From contig CAWKMU010000003.1 in NCBI GenBank assembly GCA_963850905.1, positions 2,912,001 to 2,976,000 on the forward strand: a stretch of DNA of 64,000 bases, read 5' to 3'. The notes beneath the pieces are model-generated. The model was not told where the DNA came from. It searched no databases and saw only the letters and a program-made list of their open reading frames with translations. Below are positions 1 through 8,789 of the stretch, piece after piece. The translations under genes and the position numbers were made by a program. The stretch comes from an uncultured Gemmatimonadales bacterium. Its GTDB lineage: Bacteria; Gemmatimonadota; Gemmatimonadetes; Gemmatimonadales; Gemmatimonadaceae. The first letter of the stretch is position 1, and the number at the start of each line of letters is the position of its first letter.

Positions 1-39
1 GTCTGGCGGGACGGTGCGGCGGCTGTCGCGGCCTGCATC

Positions 40-1071
40 GTGGCCGCTGGACTGGTGACGCGCGCCACCGCTCAGCAGCCGTCGACGGCCGGCCGTGCAC
101 CTCGTTCGTCATCTGACACGACGCTGCGCGCGCCGGACACGACCGCGGTGGGTGCAGTGCGCCGCGTGTACGGACGGGTAGTGCGCCCGACGGCGCAGGT
201 ATTGGCTCCCATCGGTGGGCAGCAGGTGATACTGCATCGGGTGGGGTCCGACACGGCGGGTCCAATCGACTCGGCGCGCACCGGCGTTGACGGCCGGTAC
301 GCCTTTGTCTACCGCCCGCGTGGCGCCCGAGATGCCGTCTACTTCGCATCCGCTACGTACGATGGCATCGCCTATCTGTCGCAGCCGCTGTCGACGGCAG
401 TCGTTCGCGGGGATGAGGCAGAGATCATGGTGTATGACACGACCTCGCACCTGATCCCGTTGCGCGTGCGCGGTCGCCACCTCGTGGTCTCATCCCCAGC
501 ACCAACGGGAAGGCGATCCGTGGTAGAGGTGTTCGAGCTCTCGAACGACACCTCCGTCACTGTTGTGTCGCCAGGCACTGGCACCGATCGGCCGACGTGG
601 TCCTTGCTACTGCCGCCCGGCGCACAGGGCGTGCAGGTCGGACAGGGCGACATCAGTGCCGACGCGGTAACGGTCCAGGGAAATCGCATCGCCGTGTTCG
701 CACCGTTCGCGCCCGGTCTTAAGCAGATGTCGTTTTCGTACTCGCTGCCGCCGGCATCGTTCCCGCTCGCGCGGGTGCTGCCAAGCGGAGCCATCGTCTT
801 CGAGGTGCTGCTCGAGGAAGCGGGCGCGCGAGCGACTGGCATCGCGTTCCGGCCGGAAGCGCCGGTCACCGTAGAAGGTCGGATGTTTCGGCGCTTCATC
901 GCTCAAGATGTTCCGGCTGGAGCGGTGCTTCGCATTCGGGTGCCGGTCATCTTCACGAACAGCCGCACGTTGTACATCGCCGTCGTCGTCACCGTGCTTG
1001 GCGCCGTGATGCTTGGGAGCCTGGCGCTTGCGTTTCGTCGACGAGCCCCAAATCCGTCTCCGCTGTTGTGA
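40..1071 (+). CDS. Exported, C-terminally membrane-anchored hypothetical protein; last residues replaced by IS insertion; start may lie upstream
   Basis: 343-aa ORF with a carboxypeptidase-regulatory-like segment (RTGVDGRYAF) and a C-terminal TM helix followed by RRR. The stop codon lies inside the IS left end. Confidence 0.7.
   Translation: MAAGLVTRATAQQPSTAGRAPRSSSDTTLRAPDTTAVGAVRRVYGRVVRPTAQVLAPIGGQQVILHRVGSDTAGPIDSARTGVDGRYAFVYRPRGARDAVYFASATYDGIAYLSQPLSTAVVRGDEAEIMVYDTTSHLIPLRVRGRHLVVSSPAPTGRRSVVEVFELSNDTSVTVVSPGTGTDRPTWSLLLPPGAQGVQVGQGDISADAVTVQGNRIAVFAPFAPGLKQMSFSYSLPPASFPLARVLPSGAIVFEVLLEEAGARATGIAFRPEAPVTVEGRMFRRFIAQDVPAGAVLRIRVPVIFTNSRTLYIAVVVTVLGAVMLGSLALAFRRRAPNPSPLL
1048..1063 (+). 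repeat. Target site duplication, left copy (16 bp)
   Basis: ccaaatccgtctccgc, identical to 2670-2685. Confidence 0.92.
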
Positions 1072-2669
1072 GTCAGTGATAATGTCCCCTGGTGGCGTCA
1101 ATAGAACTGTCCCCTAACGTCTGCTCCTCCTCACGGAGGGGCAGGTGGAGCGGACAGCGATGAGCAGTCGAGAATTCAAGCGGGGGACCGTACTGGCGCG
1201 CGTGCGGGTGGGTGATGTGCCGGTGGTTGAAGCCGCCCGGATGCTGGATCTGTCGTACCGCCAGGCGAAGCGTCTCTACGCGCGCTACAAGCGGGGTGGG
1301 GCGAAGGCGCTGGTCCATGGCAATGCGCACCGGCGCTCGAATCACGCGCGCCCGATCCAGGAGCAGGAGCGCGTCGTCGCGCTCGTGCGGACGCACTATA
1401 GCGGCGGGGCCGCCAAAGGGCCGCACCAGCGGTTTGGTCCCACGTTGGCGGCCGAGCATTTATGGGAGGACCATGGCATCCTGGTGCCGGTGCCGACGCT
1501 GCGCCGCTGGATGCGCGCGGCCGAGCTCTGGAGTCCAGTCCGGCGCCACACGCGCGTCTTTCGCCGCCGGGAGCGTCGGGCGCATTTCGGCGAGCTCGTG
1601 CAGCTCGACGGCAGCTTTCACGACTGGCTCGAAGGGCGCGGGCCCGGCGGGTCGGCGGCGGGCTGCCTCATGACGCTCATCGACGATGCGACGGGGACGA
1701 CCCTCGGTCGGTTCCGCGACCAGGAAACGACGTGGGGGGCGGCCGGTGTGCTTCACGCCTGGATCGCGGCGTACGGCGTGCCGCGCGCCCTGTACGTGGA
1801 TGCGAAGAGTCTCTACGTGCCGCTCCCGACGGCGATGGAGAAGGCGCGGGGTGGCGTGGTCACCACGCAGTTCGGGCGGATGTGCGCCAAGCTGGGCATC
1901 GAGCTCATCGTGGCCAAGACGCCGCAAGCCAAAGGGCGCGTCGAGCGCATCCACGGGACGAATCAGGACCGGCTCATCAAAAAGCTCCGGCTCCAAGCGA
2001 TCACCACGTACGCGGCGGCGAATACCTATCTCGAGACGCGCTATCTGGCGGCACACAATCGGCGCTTCGCCGTGCGCGCGCAGAGTCCCGTGGATTACCA
2101 CACGCGCCGGGATCCGCACCTGAGCGATCGGGATGTCTACTGTCTCGAAACGACCCGGGTGCTCGGCCGCGATTGGGTGGTGCGCCACGAGCGCCAATGC
2201 TACCAAGTGCTCGCCCGCGGCGCCGCGCGACGTTACTGCGCTCCTGGAAGCCGCCTGCTCTTGCGTGAGACGGAAGATGGGATGGTCCGCCTCCTCGTGC
2301 GCGCGATCGACGGGCGGGAGTACGCGCTCGACTGGGAGCCGGCGCCGCTCGGCCCGAGCGTCGCGTCCTACTCGGTCCCCGCGCCACTCCCGACCGACCC
2401 TGCGCCGACACCGGCTCGCGCGGGCCGCTCCGCACCCACGCCGGCGCAACTTGCTCATCGCGCACGCCTGCGGGCCCAGGAGGAGGCACACATGGCGCAG
2501 CGCCGCGGCTTGCAGACGTACAACGCGCAACGCCGGGCTGCTGCATTGGCTCGGGCCGGGGACGCGTGACCCCCGGCGAGTAATCCAGAACGCACCAATG
2601 AAACTCTCTCACACCAAGGGGACATTTCTATTGAACTGAAACAGGGGACATTTCTATTGAACATTGACA
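1064..2669 (+). mobile_element. IS1202-family (ISNCY) insertion sequence, 1606 bp
   Basis: TGT...ACA termini; imperfect 26-bp terminal IRs (tgttgtgagtcagtgataatgtcccc vs tgtcaatgttcaatagaaatgtcccc); two subterminal repeats per end; flanking direct repeat ccaaatccgtctccgc. Confidence 0.93.
1145..2569 (+). CDS. DDE transposase, ISNCY/IS1202 family
   Basis: N-terminal HTH (LSYRQAKRL...LVHGN); catalytic motifs LVQLDGSFHDW, LYVD, PQAKGRVER. Confidence 0.93.
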   Translation: MERTAMSSREFKRGTVLARVRVGDVPVVEAARMLDLSYRQAKRLYARYKRGGAKALVHGNAHRRSNHARPIQEQERVVALVRTHYSGGAAKGPHQRFGPTLAAEHLWEDHGILVPVPTLRRWMRAAELWSPVRRHTRVFRRRERRAHFGELVQLDGSFHDWLEGRGPGGSAAGCLMTLIDDATGTTLGRFRDQETTWGAAGVLHAWIAAYGVPRALYVDAKSLYVPLPTAMEKARGGVVTTQFGRMCAKLGIELIVAKTPQAKGRVERIHGTNQDRLIKKLRLQAITTYAAANTYLETRYLAAHNRRFAVRAQSPVDYHTRRDPHLSDRDVYCLETTRVLGRDWVVRHERQCYQVLARGAARRYCAPGSRLLLRETEDGMVRLLVRAIDGREYALDWEPAPLGPSVASYSVPAPLPTDPAPTPARAGRSAPTPAQLAHRARLRAQEEAHMAQRRGLQTYNAQRRAAALARAGDA

Positions 2670-2685
2670 CCAAATCCGTCTCCGC
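2670..2685 (+). repeat. Target site duplication, right copy (16 bp)
   Basis: Identical to 1048-1063. Confidence 0.92.
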
Positions 2686-2714
2686 TTGCCGGTCCGACTC
2701 ACATCGCCTAGATT
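2686..2714 (+). promoter_or_regulatory. Putative sigma70 promoter of the cobalamin operon
   Basis: TTGCCG-17 bp-TAGATT about 30 nt before the riboswitch. Confidence 0.45.
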
Positions 2715-2745
2715 CGCCGCTACAACTGCTGGACAACTGTACGAC

Positions 2746-2894
2746 GCGGACGCGGGACCCGGAAACCGGTGTGATGCCGGTGCGGCCCCGCCACTGTATC
2801 GGGCGATTCGCGAACGGATCTGTACCACTGGTGCCATCCTGGCACTGGGAAGGTGGCGATCGCGGCCCGGAGCCAGGAGACGACCCTCGTCCGC
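2746..2894 (+). ncRNA. Cobalamin riboswitch
   Basis: GGAAaccGGTG, CGGCCCCGCCACTGT, CACTG, GGGAAGG and B12 box GAGCCAGGAGAC; closing stem gcggacgcggg/ccctcgtccgc; lies upstream of btu-like genes. Confidence 0.92.
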
Positions 2895-2924
2895 ACCACA
2901 CTGACAGTCCTCGGGGGAGGACTG

Positions 2925-4010
2925 GTGGCGACCGCCGGTTGCGTGACGCGTATCGATGCGCAACCACACCGGGCACCAGCGGCGCAGTTTGGCCGCCCGC
3001 TCCGGGTCTCGCGGCTCTACACCGGGCGACTTCCCCGAGGGAGGACGCCCGTTCGTTTGTCACCACTCGCCGATTATTCCGCTGGGACCGCGCACCGCAT
3101 CGCCGTCCGCGCGACGAAAGCGATGGCCACTGGCCTCGCCGTCGCGACGATCGCATGTCAGTCGGCCGCCGGCCGCCAAGGCTCGGCGTCCAGCGATGCG
3201 AAAGGCGTGGTGCGCGATGACTACGGCGACCAGGTCGTCACGACAGGCCCGGCCCCCACACGTGTCGTGTCGCTCAACCCCGCGACGACTGCCATGCTGT
3301 TTGCCATGGGCGAGAGCGCGCGCGTGGTCGGTCGGACGCGATGGGATACGTATCCGCCCGGGGTGCTCGCCATTCCGAGCGTCGGCGACGGCCTCCGGCC
3401 GAGTGTGGAGGCGGTACTCGCCCAGCATCCAGACCTCGTCGTACTGTACGCCAGCAGCGACGATCGCGCAGCCGCGCAAGCGTTCCAGCGCGCGGGAATC
3501 GCCACCGTCAGCCTGCGAGTCGACCGCGTCGGGGATTTCACCCGTGCGCTCGATCTCCTGGGCCTCGTGATGCACGACTCGGCCGCCGCTGCCACCGTCC
3601 GAGACTCGGTCCTCTCGACCATTGCGAATGTGCGCGCGCGAACGGCCGGGCTGTCCAAGCCGACCGTCGTGTGGATTCTCGATGAGTCCCCGCTCCGCGT
3701 GCTGGGCGCTGGCAGCTACTTGAACACGTTGCTCACCGACGCTGGCGGCCAGAACCTCTACGCAGACCTGGCCGATCCGGCGCCCCTGGTATCGCTCGAG
3801 GACGTGTTGCACCGCAATCCTGATGACCTGCTCGTCTCCCCCTCGGCAGCGTCGGCCATGCGAACGGATCCGCGGTGGCAGAGTTGGTTACACGACGCGA
3901 GCCATCGCGTGGTCGTTCCCGACACGGCGCTCGTCGGGATGCCGTCGGTGCGCATGGGGGAGGCGTCGGTGCAGATCGCCGCGCTGCTGCATCCAGCTGG
4001 AGCCCGCTGA
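2925..4010 (+). CDS. btuF: Cobalamin ABC transporter substrate-binding protein (start uncertain: 2925 or 3123)
   Basis: RVVSLNPATT, VVGRT, PSVEAVLAQHPDLV helical-backbone motifs; first gene after the B12 riboswitch. Confidence 0.8.
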   Translation: MATAGCVTRIDAQPHRAPAAQFGRPLRVSRLYTGRLPRGRTPVRLSPLADYSAGTAHRIAVRATKAMATGLAVATIACQSAAGRQGSASSDAKGVVRDDYGDQVVTTGPAPTRVVSLNPATTAMLFAMGESARVVGRTRWDTYPPGVLAIPSVGDGLRPSVEAVLAQHPDLVVLYASSDDRAAAQAFQRAGIATVSLRVDRVGDFTRALDLLGLVMHDSAAAATVRDSVLSTIANVRARTAGLSKPTVVWILDESPLRVLGAGSYLNTLLTDAGGQNLYADLADPAPLVSLEDVLHRNPDDLLVSPSAASAMRTDPRWQSWLHDASHRVVVPDTALVGMPSVRMGEASVQIAALLHPAGAR

Positions 4011-4014
4011 CCCA

Positions 4015-4998
4015 ATGCGCGTTCGCTTCTGGATCGTCGCAGTCGCAGCGCTCGCACTGGCGGCACTGCTCGGCGTGGCGCTCGGCGCTGTCCCGCTCTC
4101 CCCGGGCACCGTGTGGTTGGGCCTCATGGGGCACGCCGACCCGACGGTCGTCGCGATCGTTCGGTCCGTGCGACTCCCGCGCGTCGTGCTGGCCGCGTGC
4201 GTGGGAGCTGCCCTGGGGATGAGTGGCGCGGCAATGCAGGGGACGCTCCGCAACGCGCTCGCCGAGCCCTACTTGCTCGGTGTGTCCGGCGGGGCCGCGG
4301 TGGGAGCGGTCATCGCGGTTGCCGCGGGTGCGAGTAGCTCCGTGGGGGTGCCGCTGGCCGCATTTGGCGGAGCGGTTGTGGCAACCGCCCTCGTGATCGG
4401 TGTGGCCCGGGCCGCTGCCGGCGGACGAACGGATGTCCGGCTCTTGCTCATGGCGGGTGTCGTGGTCGGCGCATTCGCGAATGCCGCGATCATGGTGACC
4501 TATGCGGTCGCACCGCCGGAAACAGTGCGCGGCGCGCTGTGGTGGATGATGGGGTCTGTCGATTCGGCCGACTGGACGCGGGTGCGATGGCTCGTGCCGT
4601 ACGTGATCGTCGGGGGTGGCGCGCTCCTGGCGTGGGGACGCGAGATCGATGCGCTGGCGCTCGGTGACGAAGCGGCGGCGGGACTCGGCGTCGATGTCCA
4701 GAGCGCCGGCCGCCGCGCGTTTCTCGCGGCCGGACTGTTGGCGGCTGCGACCGTCGCGGCTGCCGGCCTCGTCGGGTTCGTAGGCCTCGTTGTCCCGCAC
4801 ATCGTGCGCGGAGCGGGCCTGCACCGGCACCGTCTCCTCATCGCCGGTGCCGCGCTCGTCGGCGGCACGCTCGTCGTCGCCGCCGATGTCGTCGCACGCG
4901 TGGCGCGGCCGCCCGCCGAGCTCCCGTTGGGCGCGGTCACCGCGATCCTGGGTGTGCCGTTTTTCCTCTGGCAGCTGCGGCGGATGGGCACGACGTGA
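4015..4998 (+). CDS. btuC: Cobalamin/iron-chelate ABC permease (FecCD family)
   Basis: VRLPRVVLA, RNALAEPYLLGVSGGA, GFVGLVVPH, ELPLGAVTAILGVPFF. Confidence 0.88.
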   Translation: MRVRFWIVAVAALALAALLGVALGAVPLSPGTVWLGLMGHADPTVVAIVRSVRLPRVVLAACVGAALGMSGAAMQGTLRNALAEPYLLGVSGGAAVGAVIAVAAGASSSVGVPLAAFGGAVVATALVIGVARAAAGGRTDVRLLLMAGVVVGAFANAAIMVTYAVAPPETVRGALWWMMGSVDSADWTRVRWLVPYVIVGGGALLAWGREIDALALGDEAAAGLGVDVQSAGRRAFLAAGLLAAATVAAAGLVGFVGLVVPHIVRGAGLHRHRLLIAGAALVGGTLVVAADVVARVARPPAELPLGAVTAILGVPFFLWQLRRMGTT

Positions 4999-5846
4999 CC
5001 CCGGGAGCGAGTAGCACCACGCGTGGCGTCGCGGCGCTCACGTTCGACAACGTACAGGTGCGGTATCGCGCCCGCGCATCGCTGGCGATCGCCGGTGTGA
5101 GTCTCGACGCGATGTATGGCGCCGTGACTGCGATCACTGGCCCCAATGGGAGTGGGAAGAGCACACTCGTGCGAGCGCTCCTGCGGCGTGTCCCATTGGC
5201 CGGCGGACGCATTCTGGTGGATGGCACACCATTGTCATCCGTGCCGTTGCGCCTTGCGGCGCGTCAAGTGGCCGTGGTGCCCCAACGCGAAGAGTTGGCG
5301 TTCTCCCTGTCCGTCCGCGAGTACGTGGCGCTCGGGCGCTTTCCCCACGGTGGGTTGTGGGGCGGAGCCTCGACAGACGATGCGGCCGCGGTTGCGGCCG
5401 CGGTCGAACGGACAGGCATCGGCGACCTGGCGCACCGACAAACCGACGAGCTGTCTGGAGGCGAGTGGCAGCGTGTCCGGATTGCACGCGCGCTCGCTCA
5501 GGGCGGTCGTACGATCGTGCTGGACGAGCCGACGACGTTTCTCGATGTCGGCCACGAAATGGCCGTCTTCGAGCTGCTCGCTGGACTGGCCACCGCCGGG
5601 ATGGCGGTCGTGCTCATCACACACCAGCTCAACCTCGTCGCGCGATTCGCGCACACGGTGGTCCTCCTCCACCGCGGATCGGTCGCGGCCGTCGGGCCGC
5701 CGCACGAGGTCATGGCGGGTGCGACGCTCGAGCGCGTGTACGACTGGCCACTCGTCGTCGGCCAGGACCCCGCCGTCGGCGCGCCGATGCTCATTCCGCT
5801 GCGATCACGAGACGTCCCACGCTCTTCTTCAGGACACCGCCCATGA
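4995..5846 (+). CDS. btuD: ABC transporter ATP-binding protein
   Basis: Walker A GPNGSGKS, signature LSGGE, Walker B VLDEPT. Confidence 0.88.
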   Translation: MTPGASSTTRGVAALTFDNVQVRYRARASLAIAGVSLDAMYGAVTAITGPNGSGKSTLVRALLRRVPLAGGRILVDGTPLSSVPLRLAARQVAVVPQREELAFSLSVREYVALGRFPHGGLWGGASTDDAAAVAAAVERTGIGDLAHRQTDELSGGEWQRVRIARALAQGGRTIVLDEPTTFLDVGHEMAVFELLAGLATAGMAVVLITHQLNLVARFAHTVVLLHRGSVAAVGPPHEVMAGATLERVYDWPLVVGQDPAVGAPMLIPLRSRDVPRSSSGHRP

Positions 5847-7942
5847 GTTCAGATAGCCCCTCCCTGGCACGATGTCTCGCACGTCGGGCATACCTCGCCG
5901 CGGTGCTGGGGGCCGCCCTGGTGCCGGCCGCGGCGCGGGCGCAGCTCCCAATTCAGCCGGCCTCGTCGTCGGCCGATACGAGTCATCTGCCGGCAGTCGT
6001 CGTCACCGCGACGCGTGTGCCATTCTCCGAGACGGCGCCGACCGCGTCGACGACGGTCATCACCGGTCAGGCGCTACAGGCCCGCGGAATCGTCTCGGTC
6101 GCGGATGCGTTGCGCGACGTCGCCGGTGCGGCGCCCGTCGAGACCGGATCGATGGGAGGACTCACGTCCTTGTTCTTCCGCGGCGGCCAAAGCGGCTACG
6201 TGAAGGTGCTGCTGGACGGAGTACCGCTGAACGAACCGGGTGGAGTCTACTACTTCCAGAACCTGACGGTCGCCGACATCGATCGCATCGAGATCGTGCG
6301 CGGGCCGACGAGTGTTCTTTATGGGTCGGATGCCATGACCGGCGTCATTCAGATCTTCACCAAGCGTGGCACCGGCGCGCCTGCCGGGTGGCTCGACGTG
6401 AGCGGGGGGAGCTACAAGTCGTACGACGGGTCGGCCGGTTTTCAGGCCGGCGCGGGTGGGGTCGGATTCTCCGTCGGAGGGACCCGCCAGACGACGGCCG
6501 GTATCCTGCCGTTCAACAACCAATTCACCAACGGCGAGCTTGGTGGGCGCTTGGACCTGGGACGCGGCACGTCGTCGTCGCTCGCCCTCACGGGACGATA
6601 CCACACCGCCGACTACCACTTTCCCACCGTCGGCGATGGGACGCCAGTGGACAGCAACCAGCATCGCCGCGATGAGGGATCGACGTTCGCCCTCGATGGG
6701 GCCCATACCTTCTCTCAGGCCCTCGATGGACACGTCACCCTTTCAGCCAACAACGAGGACGCGGCCGACATCAACCCACAGGATGGACCGGCCGACACCA
6801 TCGGTACCTTCGCCTCGTTCGATCGCGACGTGTTTCGCCGCTTGGGAGCGGACGCACACTTCGACGCCCGTTCTGGACGCGCGGTGGCGGTCACCTTCGG
6901 TGGCAGTCTCGAGGGTCAGACGGACCGAAGTCGTGCCTTCGACGTTTTCAACTTCGGCGGCATCGACACATCGGTCACGAGCCCGGCCGCCTATTTCCGC
7001 CGCATAGAGGCGGGGTACGCGCAGCTGATCGCCAATGCCGGCTCCCAAGCCACGTTCACCGCAGGCGGGCGCCTCGACCACAACAGCGCGTTCGGGACGT
7101 ACGGCACCTACCGGGTCGGCGCAGGCTTCATCGCGACGCCCGGGACGCAGTTCCATGGTGAGTTGGGGACCGCGTTCAAGGAGCCCACGTTCGAGGAGAA
7201 TTTCTCGGCTGTGCCCTTCGACCTCGGCAACGCTGCGCTCCGTCCGGAGCACTCGCTCGGGTGGGAGGCAGGCCTGACCGAGGCGCCCATCGGCTCGACC
7301 GTCGCCTTCACCGCGACGTACTTCAACCAGGCATTCCGCAACATCATCGACTACACACCCGCGCCGATCCCTGTGCCGGGCCGCCCCAGTGATAGCACGA
7401 ACTACCTCAACATCGCGGGCGCTACCGCCGATGGCGCGGAGGTCGGCCTGTCGGCCGGCCCGATCGACGGCGCGACCGCGGATCTGGAGTACACCTATCT
7501 CGATTCCCGGGTGACCGCGAACGGCGTCGATACGACCGGATACTCCGAGTACCGCGTTGGCACCCGTCTGATCCGTCGACCGACACACCAGTTCAGCGGC
7601 ACACTCGGGCAGACGCTGTCAACGCACGGCTTCTTCAGCGCGACCCTTCGATTCGTGGGCACGCGCGACGATATCAATTTCAATGCACCGACGGGCACAT
7701 CGGCTCGAGTCGTCCTGCCGGGCTACACCACCATCGACCTCGCTGCCCAATACAATCTGGCTGGCAATGGCCCCACGGGCCGCGGCTTTAGCCTGATCGC
7801 GCGCGTCGTCAACCTCCTCGATCGCCGCTACCAGGAGGTGTACTCGTACGATGCCCCAGGCCGGGTCATCTTCGTCGGATTCCGGATCCTGGCCAGTGGC
7901 GCCCCGGCCGCTAATACATCGGCGCGATCGACGGGGCGCTAG
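5843..7942 (+). CDS. btuB: TonB-dependent cobalamin receptor
   Basis: Signal peptide, VVVTATR TonB box, plug motifs (IDRIEIVRGPTSVLYGSDAMTGVI), NLLDRRY; in riboswitch operon. Confidence 0.85.
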   Translation: MSSDSPSLARCLARRAYLAAVLGAALVPAAARAQLPIQPASSSADTSHLPAVVVTATRVPFSETAPTASTTVITGQALQARGIVSVADALRDVAGAAPVETGSMGGLTSLFFRGGQSGYVKVLLDGVPLNEPGGVYYFQNLTVADIDRIEIVRGPTSVLYGSDAMTGVIQIFTKRGTGAPAGWLDVSGGSYKSYDGSAGFQAGAGGVGFSVGGTRQTTAGILPFNNQFTNGELGGRLDLGRGTSSSLALTGRYHTADYHFPTVGDGTPVDSNQHRRDEGSTFALDGAHTFSQALDGHVTLSANNEDAADINPQDGPADTIGTFASFDRDVFRRLGADAHFDARSGRAVAVTFGGSLEGQTDRSRAFDVFNFGGIDTSVTSPAAYFRRIEAGYAQLIANAGSQATFTAGGRLDHNSAFGTYGTYRVGAGFIATPGTQFHGELGTAFKEPTFEENFSAVPFDLGNAALRPEHSLGWEAGLTEAPIGSTVAFTATYFNQAFRNIIDYTPAPIPVPGRPSDSTNYLNIAGATADGAEVGLSAGPIDGATADLEYTYLDSRVTANGVDTTGYSEYRVGTRLIRRPTHQFSGTLGQTLSTHGFFSATLRFVGTRDDINFNAPTGTSARVVLPGYTTIDLAAQYNLAGNGPTGRGFSLIARVVNLLDRRYQEVYSYDAPGRVIFVGFRILASGAPAANTSARSTGR

Positions 7943-7961
7943 AGGGCTCTTACCTTTCATC

Positions 7962-8783
7962 ATGGCCCTCCTGGCGACCGACGCCGTCGTGTTGCACGCG
8001 TTCGACTATCTGGAGACGTCGCGGATCTATCGGCTCCTGACCCGCGAGGCCGGCGTGCAGTCGGTGCTGGCGCGTGGGGCGCGGCGGGCGAAATCGAGAT
8101 ACGGAAGTGCGGTCGACTTGTTCGCCGAAGGTGAGGCGCAGCTGTCGATCCGGCCGCACCGGGAGCTGCAGACGCTCACGGCGTTCGACGTCACGCGTGC
8201 CCGCGACGGGCTGGCTGGGTCCCTCGACCGCTTCACGGGCGCGGCTGCCATCGCGGAGCTCGCCTTGCGGTTTGCCCGCGACGATGCCCAGCCGGCGCTG
8301 TATGATGCCGTACGCGATGCACTCGATGCGATCTTGCGATCGGGCGATGAACCGGCGCGCCCGCGTGAGGCGGCGCTCGGCGGCGCGTGGCACATTGTCG
8401 CATGCCTCGGTTTCGCGCCGACGATCGACGCGTGCAGCACGTGTAACGCCTCGGTCCCGCAGACGGAGCGCGCGCAGTTCAGCCACACAGCGGGCGGCGT
8501 GCTCTGTGCCTCCTGCGGTGCAGTCCGACGCGGCAATCGCGTGCTCCCCGTGCCCGCGCGCGATGCGCTGCGCGCATGGATCCGCGGCGATCAATGGACA
8601 CTGACGGATGACGGCGACGGACGCGCGCATCAGCGGCTCCTCCGAGAGTTCCTGGCCGAACACCTCATGGAGGGGCGGGGTTTGCGAGCCTTCAATGTCT
8701 GGGAGCGGAGTGACTGGGGCATGACGCCGCAGACGATCGTGGTTGCAACACCGGACTTGGTGCCGCCCAGCCTCGCGCGGTAG
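7962..8783 (+). CDS. recO: DNA repair protein RecO
   Basis: TDAVVL..DYLETSRI..LLTREAG...LARGARR; CSTC...CASC zinc finger. Confidence 0.9.
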   Translation: MALLATDAVVLHAFDYLETSRIYRLLTREAGVQSVLARGARRAKSRYGSAVDLFAEGEAQLSIRPHRELQTLTAFDVTRARDGLAGSLDRFTGAAAIAELALRFARDDAQPALYDAVRDALDAILRSGDEPARPREAALGGAWHIVACLGFAPTIDACSTCNASVPQTERAQFSHTAGGVLCASCGAVRRGNRVLPVPARDALRAWIRGDQWTLTDDGDGRAHQRLLREFLAEHLMEGRGLRAFNVWERSDWGMTPQTIVVATPDLVPPSLAR

Positions 8784-8789
8784 GGCGGC

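Noticed and set aside
2617..2662. Tandem 20-bp repeats as a mini CRISPR array
   Set aside because: Only two copies with a 6-bp spacer; they are the subterminal repeats of the IS end.
2664..2692. Outward TTGACA of the intact IS forming a hybrid promoter for the btu operon
   Set aside because: No -10-like hexamer 16-18 bp downstream.
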